Program-made: the position numbers and the translations under genes
Assembly: GCA_043228905.1 (NCBI GenBank)
Contig: JBHGNT010000001.1
Span: 248,001-312,000 of the forward strand
DNA length: 64,000 nucleotides
Direction of reading: 5' to 3'
DNA from: Azolla caroliniana
Taxonomy: Eukaryota > Plantae > Polypodiophyta
The notes under the pieces: model-generated
Told to the model about the DNA's origin: nothing
The model's input: the letters and a program-made list of their open reading frames with translations, nothing else
The model's database searches: none
Shown here: one piece after another, positions 1 to 11,714 of the stretch
Layout: every line of letters starts with the position of its first letter
How positions within the stretch are numbered: the stretch's first letter is position 1

Positions 1-475
1 ACCTGTACTCACAGAAACCTAAAGACCAATAAGCGAACGAGGAAAAGAAGTAAAAATGGAAGACTTCAGATTGAAAATGAAGACTGCAGTTTAATACTGA
101 AGATCTAAGATAATATCAGAAATCTGCAGACACAGAAGAAGCATGAAGCGTGGCCAAAACGATGAAAGAAATGAAGATATACATGGGCAGAAAACTGGAG
201 AGAAAGTAAACGCGTATGGCGTAGGAAAATATGTTAAGATGAGGATTTAAGATTAGAGAATGCTACATAACCAGAGACATTTCGCTTACGCAGCAATATA
301 AGAAGAAGCGAGGGTGGTGTGTGAAGAAGGTAAGTATGTAACACGAACTGTTAAAATGATGATTTTGGCGGTGCAGGTTATGGAGCTATTATTATATTCA
401 CAACGATTCTTTCTTTCTTTCTTTCCATCTTTTTTCTTCTCCTCCGGGCTCTTCCTTCCTCTCTTTCTTTTTTTA

Positions 476-558
476 TCTTCTTCTTCTTCTTTTATTGTCC
501 TTCTTCTTCTTGTTGTTGTTGTTTCTTCTTCTTCTTCTTCTTCTTCTTCTTCTTCTTG
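476..558. repeat. (TTC)n/(TTG)n microsatellite
   Basis: Direct reading. Confidence 0.9.
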
Positions 559-802
559 AAGCTGCTTGTTGCTTCTTCTGTTTCTGCTGATCTTCTAACT
601 TAGAGAGTGCCTGCCTGCCTCTCTCTATTCGTCCTTCTTTTCTGATACTGGGCGTTCCTTCTGTTACTTCTACCTTTGCATCGATCGTCTTTTATATATA
701 TGTATATGTATATATATCATCACCATTATCGTCATCGTCATCGTATCCTCTCTATTATTACGTCGACGTCATCAACGTCTACTTCTGCTTCTACTTCCCT
801 CG

Positions 803-1135
803 TACACACGTACATACATACATACATACATACATATACTGTATACATATACATACATACAGTATGTATGTATATGTATATTGCGTGTGTTTCTTTAATT
901 TCTTCTTTCTGGTGCGCCTGCTGTCGTCTGTGTGTGTGTTGTGTGTGTGTGTGTGTGTCTGCGACTGAGTGAGATCAGAGTTCAGAGTGAGTTGAGTACA
1001 TACTGTCGACTCTCGACTGTGTGTGTGTGTGTGTGTGTGTGTTTTGTGGGCTGGAGGAGGGGATGCGCACTGCTCTCTCTCTCTCTCTCTGTCTCTCTCT
1101 GTGTCTGTGTCTGTGTCTGTGTCTGTGTGTGTCTG
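803..1135. repeat. Compound microsatellite cluster: (CATA)n, (TATG)n, (GT)n, (CT)n, (CTGTGT)n
   Basis: Direct reading. Confidence 0.9.
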
Positions 1136-1889
1136 CCTTTTTCCTGAGTTACATACATACTACATATAAGTCCTGCGGCCGGCCTGAGTAGTCGGCTACA
1201 ACAAACACCACCAAAGTAACAAAACAAAGCAAGCAAAAAGTAATGCGAATGAGTCTATATAATATAAAAAAGTCTCTTGAAAAAATATACATACACTGTA
1301 CATTAGAGTATGTACATACATCCATACATACATACATACATGGAGGAGGAGTGAAATACATATGTACTACATACATGGAGCTCCTCCCCCCCCACACACA
1401 AACAAACTCAATAATAGCTCATTGCCTCCCTCCCTCCCTCTTCTCTGTGCCTCTCCCCTCTTTCACTACACACACACACACACGTGCTCGCCTGCTTCAC
1501 AACAAATTTGGTTTGGTAAATAAGAGAAGAGTGTAGTACGTACATACACACGTATTGATATACATATGTACACACACATATATATATATATATAAGAGAA
1601 GAGTGTGTTTATCGTGTGCAATGACATATACTAACTCTACCTTCAGCTATATTACATAGAGGGAAAGAGAAAGAAAGAAAAATAGAGACCCCGCTACTAG
1701 CATTTTCTCTTTAATTTGTGCTACATCCACCCATATTTGTGTGTCGCACAATTTACATCAACTCATTTGTGTAATTTCATTGTGTTGTCACCGATGTTTC
1801 ATCTCAATTTTACAAGTTACTATGTCCCGTGTTCTTTTGTGTGCATCTTACCATGTCTTATGCCCCATGTGCTTTGTTGTACATGGTGT

Positions 1890-1925
1890 GCATGCACAAA
1901 AGCACCGTGTGGGCACTCCCCTAGT
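1890..1925 (+). mobile_element. Possible Helitron 3' terminus
   Basis: Imperfect GC hairpin ending ...GTGTGGGCAC, followed by TCCCCTAG|T. A similar GAGCACTCACTAGT occurs near 1991-2004. Confidence 0.3.
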
Positions 1926-4900
1926 AAGCTACACCAAGTCACCACCCACTCCACTAGTAACAATATATATGCCGAAATAAAGTTTTTTATGAGCACTCAC
2001 TAGTGGAATCAAAGGGGATGATGCATATTCCAGCGATACCATACAATTCCTTCCACCCCATAGTGAGATTTTTCCATGACTTCTATTTTTATATGCCTAG
2101 TGGTGTGTAATTGAAGTGTTATGATTTTATCCTATATTACCAAACAAGTTATGACAATGCTTACATTGATAAAAACAAATTAATAATGTGCAAACACCTT
2201 ACTGCGAACCTATGCTACATGTGCCACCAATTTTGTTATTCTCACAATACATTGAGAGAGCACATGTAACATCTCGTGATACAAAGGTAAAAAAAGATGA
2301 TGATCTGGATGAATGTTAGGAGATATGTGATAGTGGGATAAATAGGAAAACCAGAAATTTCCTTTTAAACCTCGCAAAGATTGAAGCACCATCTTGTAAA
2401 GTTTATTGGACACCTCATTAAGCACATTATAAAATTCATCGTATGTCTAGTGTATATTCATATAATTGAATTCCATCAAGCACTCGTGTGTATATATTCA
2501 CTGCTTAAATTTATGACATGTTCAGAGTAGAATAAGGTATTTTATGCTTGTATATTAAAAAGTCAATAAGAAGTTTTGTCCTGCTATGATTGGCAACCTA
2601 CCACAGTGGGATTTCATTGAAAAGAACAAATATTAACAATATATCATAACTTAACATCGAATAACGAATAGTAACAAATTGTTCCACGTCACTAGCAACC
2701 CAATTGACCTCCTTAGGTTGGTTTGACAACCAAACAAAAATCGAGCTCTAAATTTGGACCATGCCATATAAGTTATACCCAAAAAGAGACCTTGATTCTT
2801 CCGGTTATACAAAATCGAGAAACCATAACACTACTCCGACGAGTTATAGTATTTGCTTGAAACATATCATTTTGGTTGTATAAATGCTAGTCAATATTCA
2901 ACTTGTTTTAAGCTATAACTTAAGCATGTTAGTGATTGAGTTTGACTTTTGTACAAGTCATTAGTTTTCTCTTAATCAAATTGTCGTTAATCTTGTTTTA
3001 TTGTGTAACTCTATGTTTAACTTAATGATTATGTACATGTGTGACCTGGTGTTAATCCTCTTTAAAATAATGCATTATTCATTGTTTTTACTGAATGTGC
3101 CTGTGAACATGTTGGGAAGATAGTTCACCCCATTGGTTGACACCCTCTTTCGGTTCTTTTGCCAACAATAGTGTGTCTCCCCATCCAATTTTTATAACAA
3201 CAAGACAAAGTATACACCCATCCCATGTTAAGTTGGTAGGATGTTTGACTAAATAACTAAACAACAAAATTGTAAAAGGATGAGTCTTATACATGAATAT
3301 GTAACATAGGGCACAGTAACAAGTTCGAATTCATGCATCATTTTTAGCTTTTTGTGTGAACTTGTTTTTATATTAAAGTATCATAGTGAAGTCATGTTCA
3401 TTTCTTTCTTTTGAACATGTGATTAGGAAAACTCAATGGAAGATGTCAGTTAGTTTAGATGGGCCAAATGTCGACCTTTGAAAGGTAGAAACAAAACATA
3501 AATCATGTATCATGAGTATGCTAGAGATATGGATGTTTAATCATATGTATTAAATTAGTCGATCATTGTGAATACTTCTCAAGAGTAGGAGTACTTGAGG
3601 TCAATTCGCCAATCCCAATAGCTAATCACCTCTACAAATAATTTGCTAACCATGGGAGACGATAGTTTTAATTCTTTGAAATATTTTCTTGAAAAGCAAT
3701 GCCCTAAACCTATGATTTTTCCCCAAAGTAACTAATGCTAATCGAGGCTACATCTTATCAATGTCAATGGTAGATTATACCATGTCCACAATCCATGTTA
3801 TGTAAGGAACCAAAGCCACTATCTTTAGATACCAAGGTCATGATCACTAGTATCATGAACTATGTACATAATGAGCATTGCCCTTAAATATGAAGCTCAT
3901 GATTTGTACCCCTAAATATGAAGGCCATAATCATTGGCCATGTTATGCAAGTGATGAATACTTCTATTTATGAATGGCGTAGTAAAGCAAGATTTTTTGT
4001 GTACCTTAAGCAACCTATAGAGATCATCGAAAACCGACTTTTTAGCTAGGGTCCACCCAAAGATAATGATGATGATAGCCATCTCTCGAGGGATTCATAA
4101 TATACTAACACTTTTGTCTAGCCTATTAACTTTTTGTTTTGTAAAGCTTTATAAAAGAAAAAGGTACATTCGAAAAATATGTCTCATATTTGATTGAGCC
4201 CCCATGTTAAGAGTCGCCTTCCTAGTCCATGGAATACGTTTGTGTGGCGTGAACGACATAGATAAATATTAAGTGGACTTCAAGTACTTCCCGAGGCATC
4301 CATATTCATCATTGAGAAATATACTTATGGCTATGTGATCCAATTATGTGTAGCATCGATAATAATAAGTGTCATACTCCCTCGTGACACGACAGCCATG
4401 GCCAATGGGCACATACCCCGGGCCACCCTAACCATCATGTATGTATGTACATATTATGGGTGAGATTGTTCCATATTCCAGTTTCACATCCAGAAAAAAG
4501 AATTAAGTAGGACCGCCATCCACATTGTGAGGAGGGTCTCCGTCTAATCTTATAGTACGTAAAATTCATGTTTGTCTAGTATAACATTCGTTTTCCTACG
4601 TTGGAAAACGAATGCGAATGTTATCCAAACATTCGTGTGTGTTTTTTTAATGTTTTTTTTTTCATTTTTAGGCTTATCTACCTCATAATAAATAGTTAAT
4701 CCAAAAGAATGGTATTTATCATTCTTTGATGGTATTTTTCTTTCGCGAATGCGAATGCACGTATGGTGCGTATGGTTCATACTATGGAACTTACAAGTTT
4801 ATATATGTATATGTATGCATGTACGACCTTAAGGCGCACTCCCACTGAATAGACAAACACACAAACTCATTCTGTACTATAGGATTGGCGACGATGAAAC

Positions 4901-6063
4901 CCTCACTCATTTCACGTGCTTGTCTAGATGTGGAAGGCGTCCAAGCCAATTGATTGAGAGGCGGCCACCGTCCCCAGACTTTGAAAGAGTGCAGAATCTC
5001 ATCAGATTCAAGGCCTGGCCTGGCCTTATGTATATACATAGTATGTACATATGGGTGCAACCTCTTTAACACCCAACCCACTCACTCAGTCTCAACCTTT
5101 TTTACTTCGGTAGCGAATACATACATACCATTTCTATCTAGTATGTACATACACATGTGGAAAGAATGAATGTGTGTTCCCTCTTCGTCTCATGATGGAT
5201 GATGTCCTTCACCTCCAAAGATACACAATGCATGCACTCATGTGACACAGCTGAATCGTGGATTGTGTGTGTGTGTGCATTTGTCTTCTTGCAAACCACA
5301 ATGCCTTTGCAGCATCTACTAAACACCACCCACCTTCTTCGTCTACAAACAACGCTTACCAAAAACAAGTCAAAGAAATTTGGGTGAACTTTGACTTTGT
5401 GGCATATGATGTTAGCCAACTACAAATACTACTAGTGTTAACATTCTACACTCAATAGGATGAACAAGTTGTAAAGTTTCCCCGTAGAGACTAGAATTAG
5501 CACCTAGCCATATTGCTTACAAATGATGTGAATGAGAAAGCAAGTTTTAACATCCTTGTAAAGGGAGAACCATGCTAAATACAACCACGAGGAACATCGT
5601 TTAAAGGGGAAACTTGCAAGAGAAGAAATTACTATGATAAATATGTTCTCCGAAAAGGATTTCATGACATTTGTGCACTTAATAACCTTGTTGAACTTTA
5701 ACATACTTTCTACTTTTCAAGAAGGTACATTTTTTTGGGCAACGATTATTCGAAATATATCCTTTAACACTAGATTCATATTGTATGTTTGTTTTTTGCT
5801 TTATATTATGCAAACCAACCCATCTCTTCTTTTTATCTCCCTTCCTACGTACAATTTGAGTATGCTTATATGAGCATTTCCAAGTAAATTCTATACCATG
5901 TGTAGGGGCCACCCATTCTTGTGTCCACTTGTGTTGCATTGCTTCCCAATATATATATATGTCTCACCACTAAATATTCTAGATCCTCAAAAACCATGCG
6001 TATAGTTTGTCTTTGATACAAGCTAAGAGTTTTATAATACTTATTTCTAATAACAACAACACA

Positions 6064-6137
6064 GCTCTAGTAGCTCAGTTGGTTAGAGCGTATGGCTGTT
6101 AACCATAAGGTCGGAGGTTCAAACCCTCCCTGGAGCG
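6064..6137 (+). tRNA. tRNA-Asn(GTT)
   Basis: Full cloverleaf: acceptor GCTCTAG/CTGGAGC, D arm GCTC-AGTTGGTTA-GAGC, anticodon stem TATGG/CCATA with loop CTGTTAA, T arm GGAGG-TTCAAAC-CCTCC. Upstream CAACAAC is typical of plant Pol III genes, and a T-run lies at about 6156-6160. Confidence 0.96.
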
Positions 6138-6218
6138 GAGATTGTTTGCTACGAATTTTTCTACGAATGATTCTCATCAATTGTAATCTTTAATGCCATT
6201 TTTTACTCTTGGAGACAT

Positions 6219-6293
6219 GCTTTAGTAGCTCAGTTGGTTAGAGCGTATGGCTGCTTAGTTATAAGGTGGGAGCTTCAAACCCTCCTTGGCACG
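6219..6293 (+). pseudogene. Degenerate tandem tRNA-Asn copy
   Basis: The 5' half is nearly identical to 6064-6137. The anticodon loop is 8 nt (CTGCTTAG), the T stem has a mismatch (GGAGC) and the 3' acceptor strand (TTGGCAC) no longer pairs. Confidence 0.85.
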
Positions 6294-7200
6294 GAGAGGT
6301 TAATAGGCAATAGTTTGCAATGTGCATCAATTATGATCCTTAGAATTTCTAAGAACTTCATTTGTGGTTCTTGTCCTAGCTCTTTTGCTCCGATTCTCAT
6401 AAGTAGGTTTTATAGTTTGTTTGTTAGAGAACTTTTATTCATAACTACCACATCTAGTATAATGATCGAACAATCAAATTTCACTATTTCATGATATACA
6501 TCAATGGATTGTAATTTGTTCGTAGTCAAATAATCATACAACCAAGGAATCTTTAATCTTTTACATTCACACTCTTCTCCGATCTCAATTGAAGGCATCA
6601 ACGAGATCTTTTGTTTTCAAAAGGATACATAGATTTTCTTATGACCAAGTTTAAGTCACTAAGGTGTCGACATCACAATGCAATAAAACTGCAATTATTT
6701 TCTTCATAAATGTCTCATTAGTGAATCTAGAACATTTTTAATTATGTGGCAAAGAACAAATCCTTTTCTAACTAGAGTGTAGATTCAAGGTGCAATAAAA
6801 TTTTATTGAGAATTCTCCTTGATATGGTGTGTTTAAAGCCACGTCATAATTGAACGATACAAGGAAATGATGATTGAGGTATCTTTGATTTTTTCACAAA
6901 GCCATGAAAATAGCAAAGAAGGGAACAAAGCATCCTCACTACTATTATAAGATAAGTAGGGGTACAAATAACCAATCCAAGGGTGGCTTGAGTATGAGAG
7001 AGGAAGAGAGATCCCACACTAAAAATCCTAATAAAGTGGTCATACAATACAGAGCACCAAATCTAGTATATTTACTAGGGTGAGACCTTTTGGCCATTTA
7101 TCAGCACTTGATGATTTGTTTCCAATTTCAAAGCATGCATGCATCCATCCCAACACAACCCCTATGCTTCAGTGAACAATAGCATGATGAGATACACCTA

Positions 7201-7670
7201 AAATGTACACTCAAAACATCATATAACCAAGTTCATATCAACAATTGCTCAATTGGTCATAACAAAAGAGCACCGCTGAATAGATACTATTAAAGGCAAT
7301 GAAGCTTGATCTGTTTGTGTTCACAAAAAGGTAAAGTATTTGAAACTAAACAAGAAAAAAGGAAGTATCTTCTATATATGATTAAAAGATTTTTCTTGGA
7401 AACATCAGAATAACTTATTCCAAGACAACCCCCCAAGGTCCACCGAACAATACTATGCCGAGGTTCAGCCGAAATGTACATATTCAAAACATCACATAAC
7501 CAAGTTCATATCAACAATTGCTCAGTTAATCCAATCATAAGAGAATTAGTCAATAGACAATAATAAAGGTAATGAAGTTGATCTGTTTGTATTGACAAAT
7601 AGGTAAAATATTTGAAACGAAACACTAAAAAAGGGAGTATCATCTACATATGATTGAAAGAATTTTCTGG
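7201..7670. repeat. Local direct duplication of about 195 bp (7201-7397 and 7472-7670) downstream of TMEM70
   Basis: Both copies share AAATGTACA..TCAAAACATCA.ATAACCAAGTTCATATCAACAATTGCTCA ... GATCTGTTTGT ... TATGATT.AAAGA. Confidence 0.85.
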
Positions 7671-7796
7671 TGTGAGCAATGACTCAAACGTACAACAAAT
7701 AGTAGCCTCTGATATTTTTTTATTCTTCATGTCTATTCAAGTTGTCACTTTTCACTGTGATGGAATAGCACTATTCCAAGATAGTCACAAAACATA

Positions 7797-9877
7797 CTAC
7801 TTGTTACTCTGATAGAAGGTTACAATTCGGAGGAGATCCTTGTTTGGAATCTTTTCTGTGTCTACAAAATAGAAATTGTCTTTGACTGCAAAGCTGACGA
7901 ATGGCCGGTTCGTCTTCGGAGGCCGAATATCTTCAATCGAAATGACCTTCCGATCAAAGGTAGCTAACCAAGTTATCATTTCAAGCTCAAATTCCTTGGC
8001 ACCAGGGATCCATGTCAATTTATGCACATATGGTCCTACAAACCAATGCAAGGCAGCTGTTGTAGAGGCACTAAGCAATATGATCGTGGTGGCAATCCCT
8101 CCTTTGAGTATCACCGAGATGTTAGGTGACGTCAGAAATGTAATAGCTGGACCAGTAATAACTGACAAACAACAAGACGTGATGGATAGCATCTTAACTT
8201 TCCGAAGGGTATCCGATAATGGTCCTCGGTATATCACTGGACTTGCTTTTTTCTCTTTAGAATCTGTGCTTGTCTGAGGTATCTGATATATAGCTGCTTT
8301 TGAGTATTGCATCCTTTGATGCTTCATAAACCACAATTTCTGTGAATGTAGATGCCCTTCGCTTTCATAAAAGCAAGTTGAGAAAGGGAATCTCAAACCT
8401 GATAGAACATGTCTCTCCCCAACTACGTTAGGGGAGATCAACAATTGATCCCTAGGAAACAGTTTTCCAGAGAACCTTGTTGGCCTAGTGGCACATCTCC
8501 AGATGCTCATTGCAGACAAAGAACCTTACAAAATTATTACAAATAGTTTAACAAACTATACACAATTCTAGTTATACTTTCAGCATCTTTATAAGTCATT
8601 AATGAGCAGAAATCCATAGGGACGACATGAAAATAGACATAACGATCAGAACTCTCTAGATATATCGGAATCTTAGGAATTTTGTGTTCTCTTTATTGGA
8701 CATCGATGAAAAGCATTATCATACAATCATATATAAAGAAAACAATGTTTTGAGAGTTTTCCTTGTGGAAAAAGAATCCATTCGCCTTGGTTGCTTTACA
8801 GTGTCCAAGTCACAACATACCTATTAACTGCATGGACATACATCCGTTCACTTTGGTTGCCTTATGCATTCTTTCAACAATGTGTTCATCAGATTTCAGA
8901 TTGCACTATGAGATATCTAGCACATGCAATATAGAAATAATATAATGAGGGCTACGAGCAGAATGACTGCTACATCCTGTATACATACTAACCATCCATA
9001 GTGCTGTAAGCAAAAACGATGACTATCTCAATTAATGGAGGAGGGGGTTATATTTTATTTTGCATAAAGGGGCAATTTAGTTTTTTTCCAATAGAAAGTT
9101 TTCATGACGTAGAATTAGAGTATTGCTCAGTGTTATCAGCTCTCTATTCTTCATATAATGATATGACAAGATAAGATTGACTTTGATATAAAATTTGTTC
9201 AATCAATAGCAGAGATTAAAGACCAGGAGACAAATTTGTTCAGTTTCGTTGGGCAAATATTGCTCTCATAAACTTTTGTCAACGTTTCTATTTACAAAAG
9301 TAACCGTATAAGAAACACTGGCAGAAAGCCTGTAAATTTAGACTGTTCGTGCACAAATAGTTTAGTTTCATCGAGAGAAGATTTACTCTAGTTAACATTT
9401 GTAACCTTTTCTATTTACGAATGTTAAACTGTGTGACTAGTTGAGTTCTACATTTCATTTCTTTTATTGTTCTCGTAGATTTAGAAAACACTTTTGAGTT
9501 GAAATCTATTGCTGGGTTTCATCCGTTGCTTTGGTCTCTAAGCCATGTTAAATACATCATTTCATTGCCCCCTTCCTTTATTTATATATTTGTTGTTTTC
9601 TGTGTGAGAAAAGCCTCACTAACACAAGAGTCTCAAAAAGTCAATCACACGATCCACTTCATCAAAATGAGCTTTGAAATTTGAAAAATTTTAATGGCCC
9701 TAAAACATTAAATCTAAACCTTAACCTTAAGCTCTAACTCTGGCTACTTGTTCATTGTCTCTCTCTCTCTGTCTCTCTCTCTCTCGCCCGTCTCTGTCCA
9801 TCGGATCCATACAAAACATGCAATAGGTTTGAGACGAGTTAGAGAGGGGAATGAATACCTGCACGTGAGATCGGCAT
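7797..9877 (-). CDS. TMEM70: TMEM70-family mitochondrial membrane protein (ATP synthase assembly factor homologue), 2 exons, about 248 aa
   Basis: Exon 1 9877-9859 (ATG CCG ATC TCA CGT GCA G|gtattc) joins in frame to exon 2 8524-7797 (tgtaag|GT TCT TTG...). The protein has an Arg/Ser-rich N-terminus, then IYRGPLSDTLRKVKMLSITSCCLS, two hydrophobic segments and TTAALHWFVGPYVHKL, as in TMEM70 homologues. TATA-like TATAAATA lies on the minus strand near 9945-9952. Confidence 0.85.
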
Positions 9878-11714
9878 TCTGTGGAGGTTTATGGTTTGCG
9901 GAACGCTTCTTCCAGCCCTAAAACGGACTAGGAAGGGGTTTTTATTTATATATCTTTTTATACATAAGTCGTTTGGCCTTTCTACCAGTACCAGTGGGTG
10001 TCGTCTGTGTCACTCGGGAGTAAGAAAGGGTTTTTATTTAACATAATAACTTTAGGAAGTCATTTGAGCTCTAGCGTCTAGGCTCCCACAGGGGAGGGGG
10101 TATTACATACATACATATACATATGTAGTTACCAAGAAATAAACGGCCTCCCTCCACGATTAATTTTCGTGTGGTATGTATTATCCCATCCAGACCCTCA
10201 ATAAATACTCGGGGGAATCTAAAACATTTCTTAATGCCAATGAATGTTTCCACCAACATAACATGACACTACAAGCAGTGCTCACACATGTAATGCCTTG
10301 GGTCTGTTCTTCACATCTTGTGAGTGGAACTGAACTTAAAATGTTTTATGACATGGCTAAGATGTGCAAGCCAATTGGTCGATCAATTGCTAAGATGTGC
10401 ATAAATGTTGATTGTGCCAAATTTATACTCTAGTTATTGTTCTCATTTTCACCAAAACTAATATAAGTAAGAGTTGGTGCCTTATTGAACAAACACAAAA
10501 AATCCATTTTCCGGTACTATAAGCTCATCATCATCTATTTCTGAAATTGGCTCAACTCAACTGTTGTAATCTCCAATGTCCTTGTATGCATAAATGTAAC
10601 TAAAATAAGGCACATGCATTTATATCAATACCTTATAATTCACACTTGTAATCTTGCATTAAGTCTTGAAAGATGATATCAAGAAAATATCAAATGTGAC
10701 ATCCATTATGTTTGGGTGTATGGAGTTTAACCTAATAGTCATAGAAACATTAGTATATGTGTTGATCAATTTTCCTTAATACAAGGGTTAGACTTGATAC
10801 AAGTCCAAATTCAACATGCATTGTTGTTTTCCCTGTATGATCAAGCTTAAGATTATCAAAGAAAAAGGTTGTTTTGGACATGATTTTGTAATGGACTTTG
10901 TGGCCAAATAGTTGGCGTATGAGCAAAATGCAAGGCAACATAACCACCTAACATCCTAGCATTAGCAAATAAGCTTTGATTCATGAAAAAAACAAGATGA
11001 GATTTGTCCTGAATATTAATAAAAACATAATTTCTCACGCAAACATCAAACCATTGGTGTCAAATCATAACTAGAACATTGCGATGTTGTCCATGTTCTT
11101 GCATTCACCTTGCATTTTTCGCATTGTGTAGTCAATATTATACACACATATACGTAAATAGAGAGGGTTCTTCACAAGAAAATCGCTAATCAACAATCAA
11201 ATTTTCTTTTTACGACTACTACATGTATATATCATCTTACAAGCTAATCCACGTGAAAATAAAATAAAAATCCACATGCATCACTAAATTACATATTGAC
11301 AACATTTTTGACAATGTCTTTTTCTTGTATTGATTTTGCGAACAATATGTTTTTTGCGAGGCATAATGGTAGTAAAAAGTAATTCATGACAGATGCAATA
11401 TGAACATATTATGATACAATTATTGACATGATCTACGACCAGGATAGAAAGAAACGATTAAGATGGTGTAGAGAATTACATTCATCTACCAAAAAAGAAG
11501 TGGAAAGTAAAGACTGATGTTAACAAACATACAATATTTGATCATAGTCATTCCTTTCAAAGATATAAGATTGAATCATAGTCATGCCTTTCAAAGAAGA
11601 ATTTACAGACACAGGACAAACATTAAGTAGAGCTATGTTGAAGCATGAGCATACTTTTATCCCCTGGCTAAGATGTGTGAAATGAACCATGAAATGGTCT
11701 ATTTTGGCTGTTCT

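Noticed and set aside
328-337. Minus-strand ATACTTACCT matching the U1 snRNA 5' end
   Set aside because: The match stops after 10 nt; it is only the complement of a splice-donor consensus.
314-1536. Several 70-100 aa ORFs in the ORF track
   Set aside because: They are translations of microsatellites (poly-S, CV, HT, YIHT repeats).
7876-8277. 133-aa plus-strand ORF; likewise 49551-50084 and 51103-51426
   Set aside because: Antisense shadows of real TMEM70 and RST1 exons with no recognisable motifs.
9710-9732. Telomere-like CTAAACCTTAACCTTAA
   Set aside because: Only a few degenerate units in a first intron; at most a telo-box-like motif.
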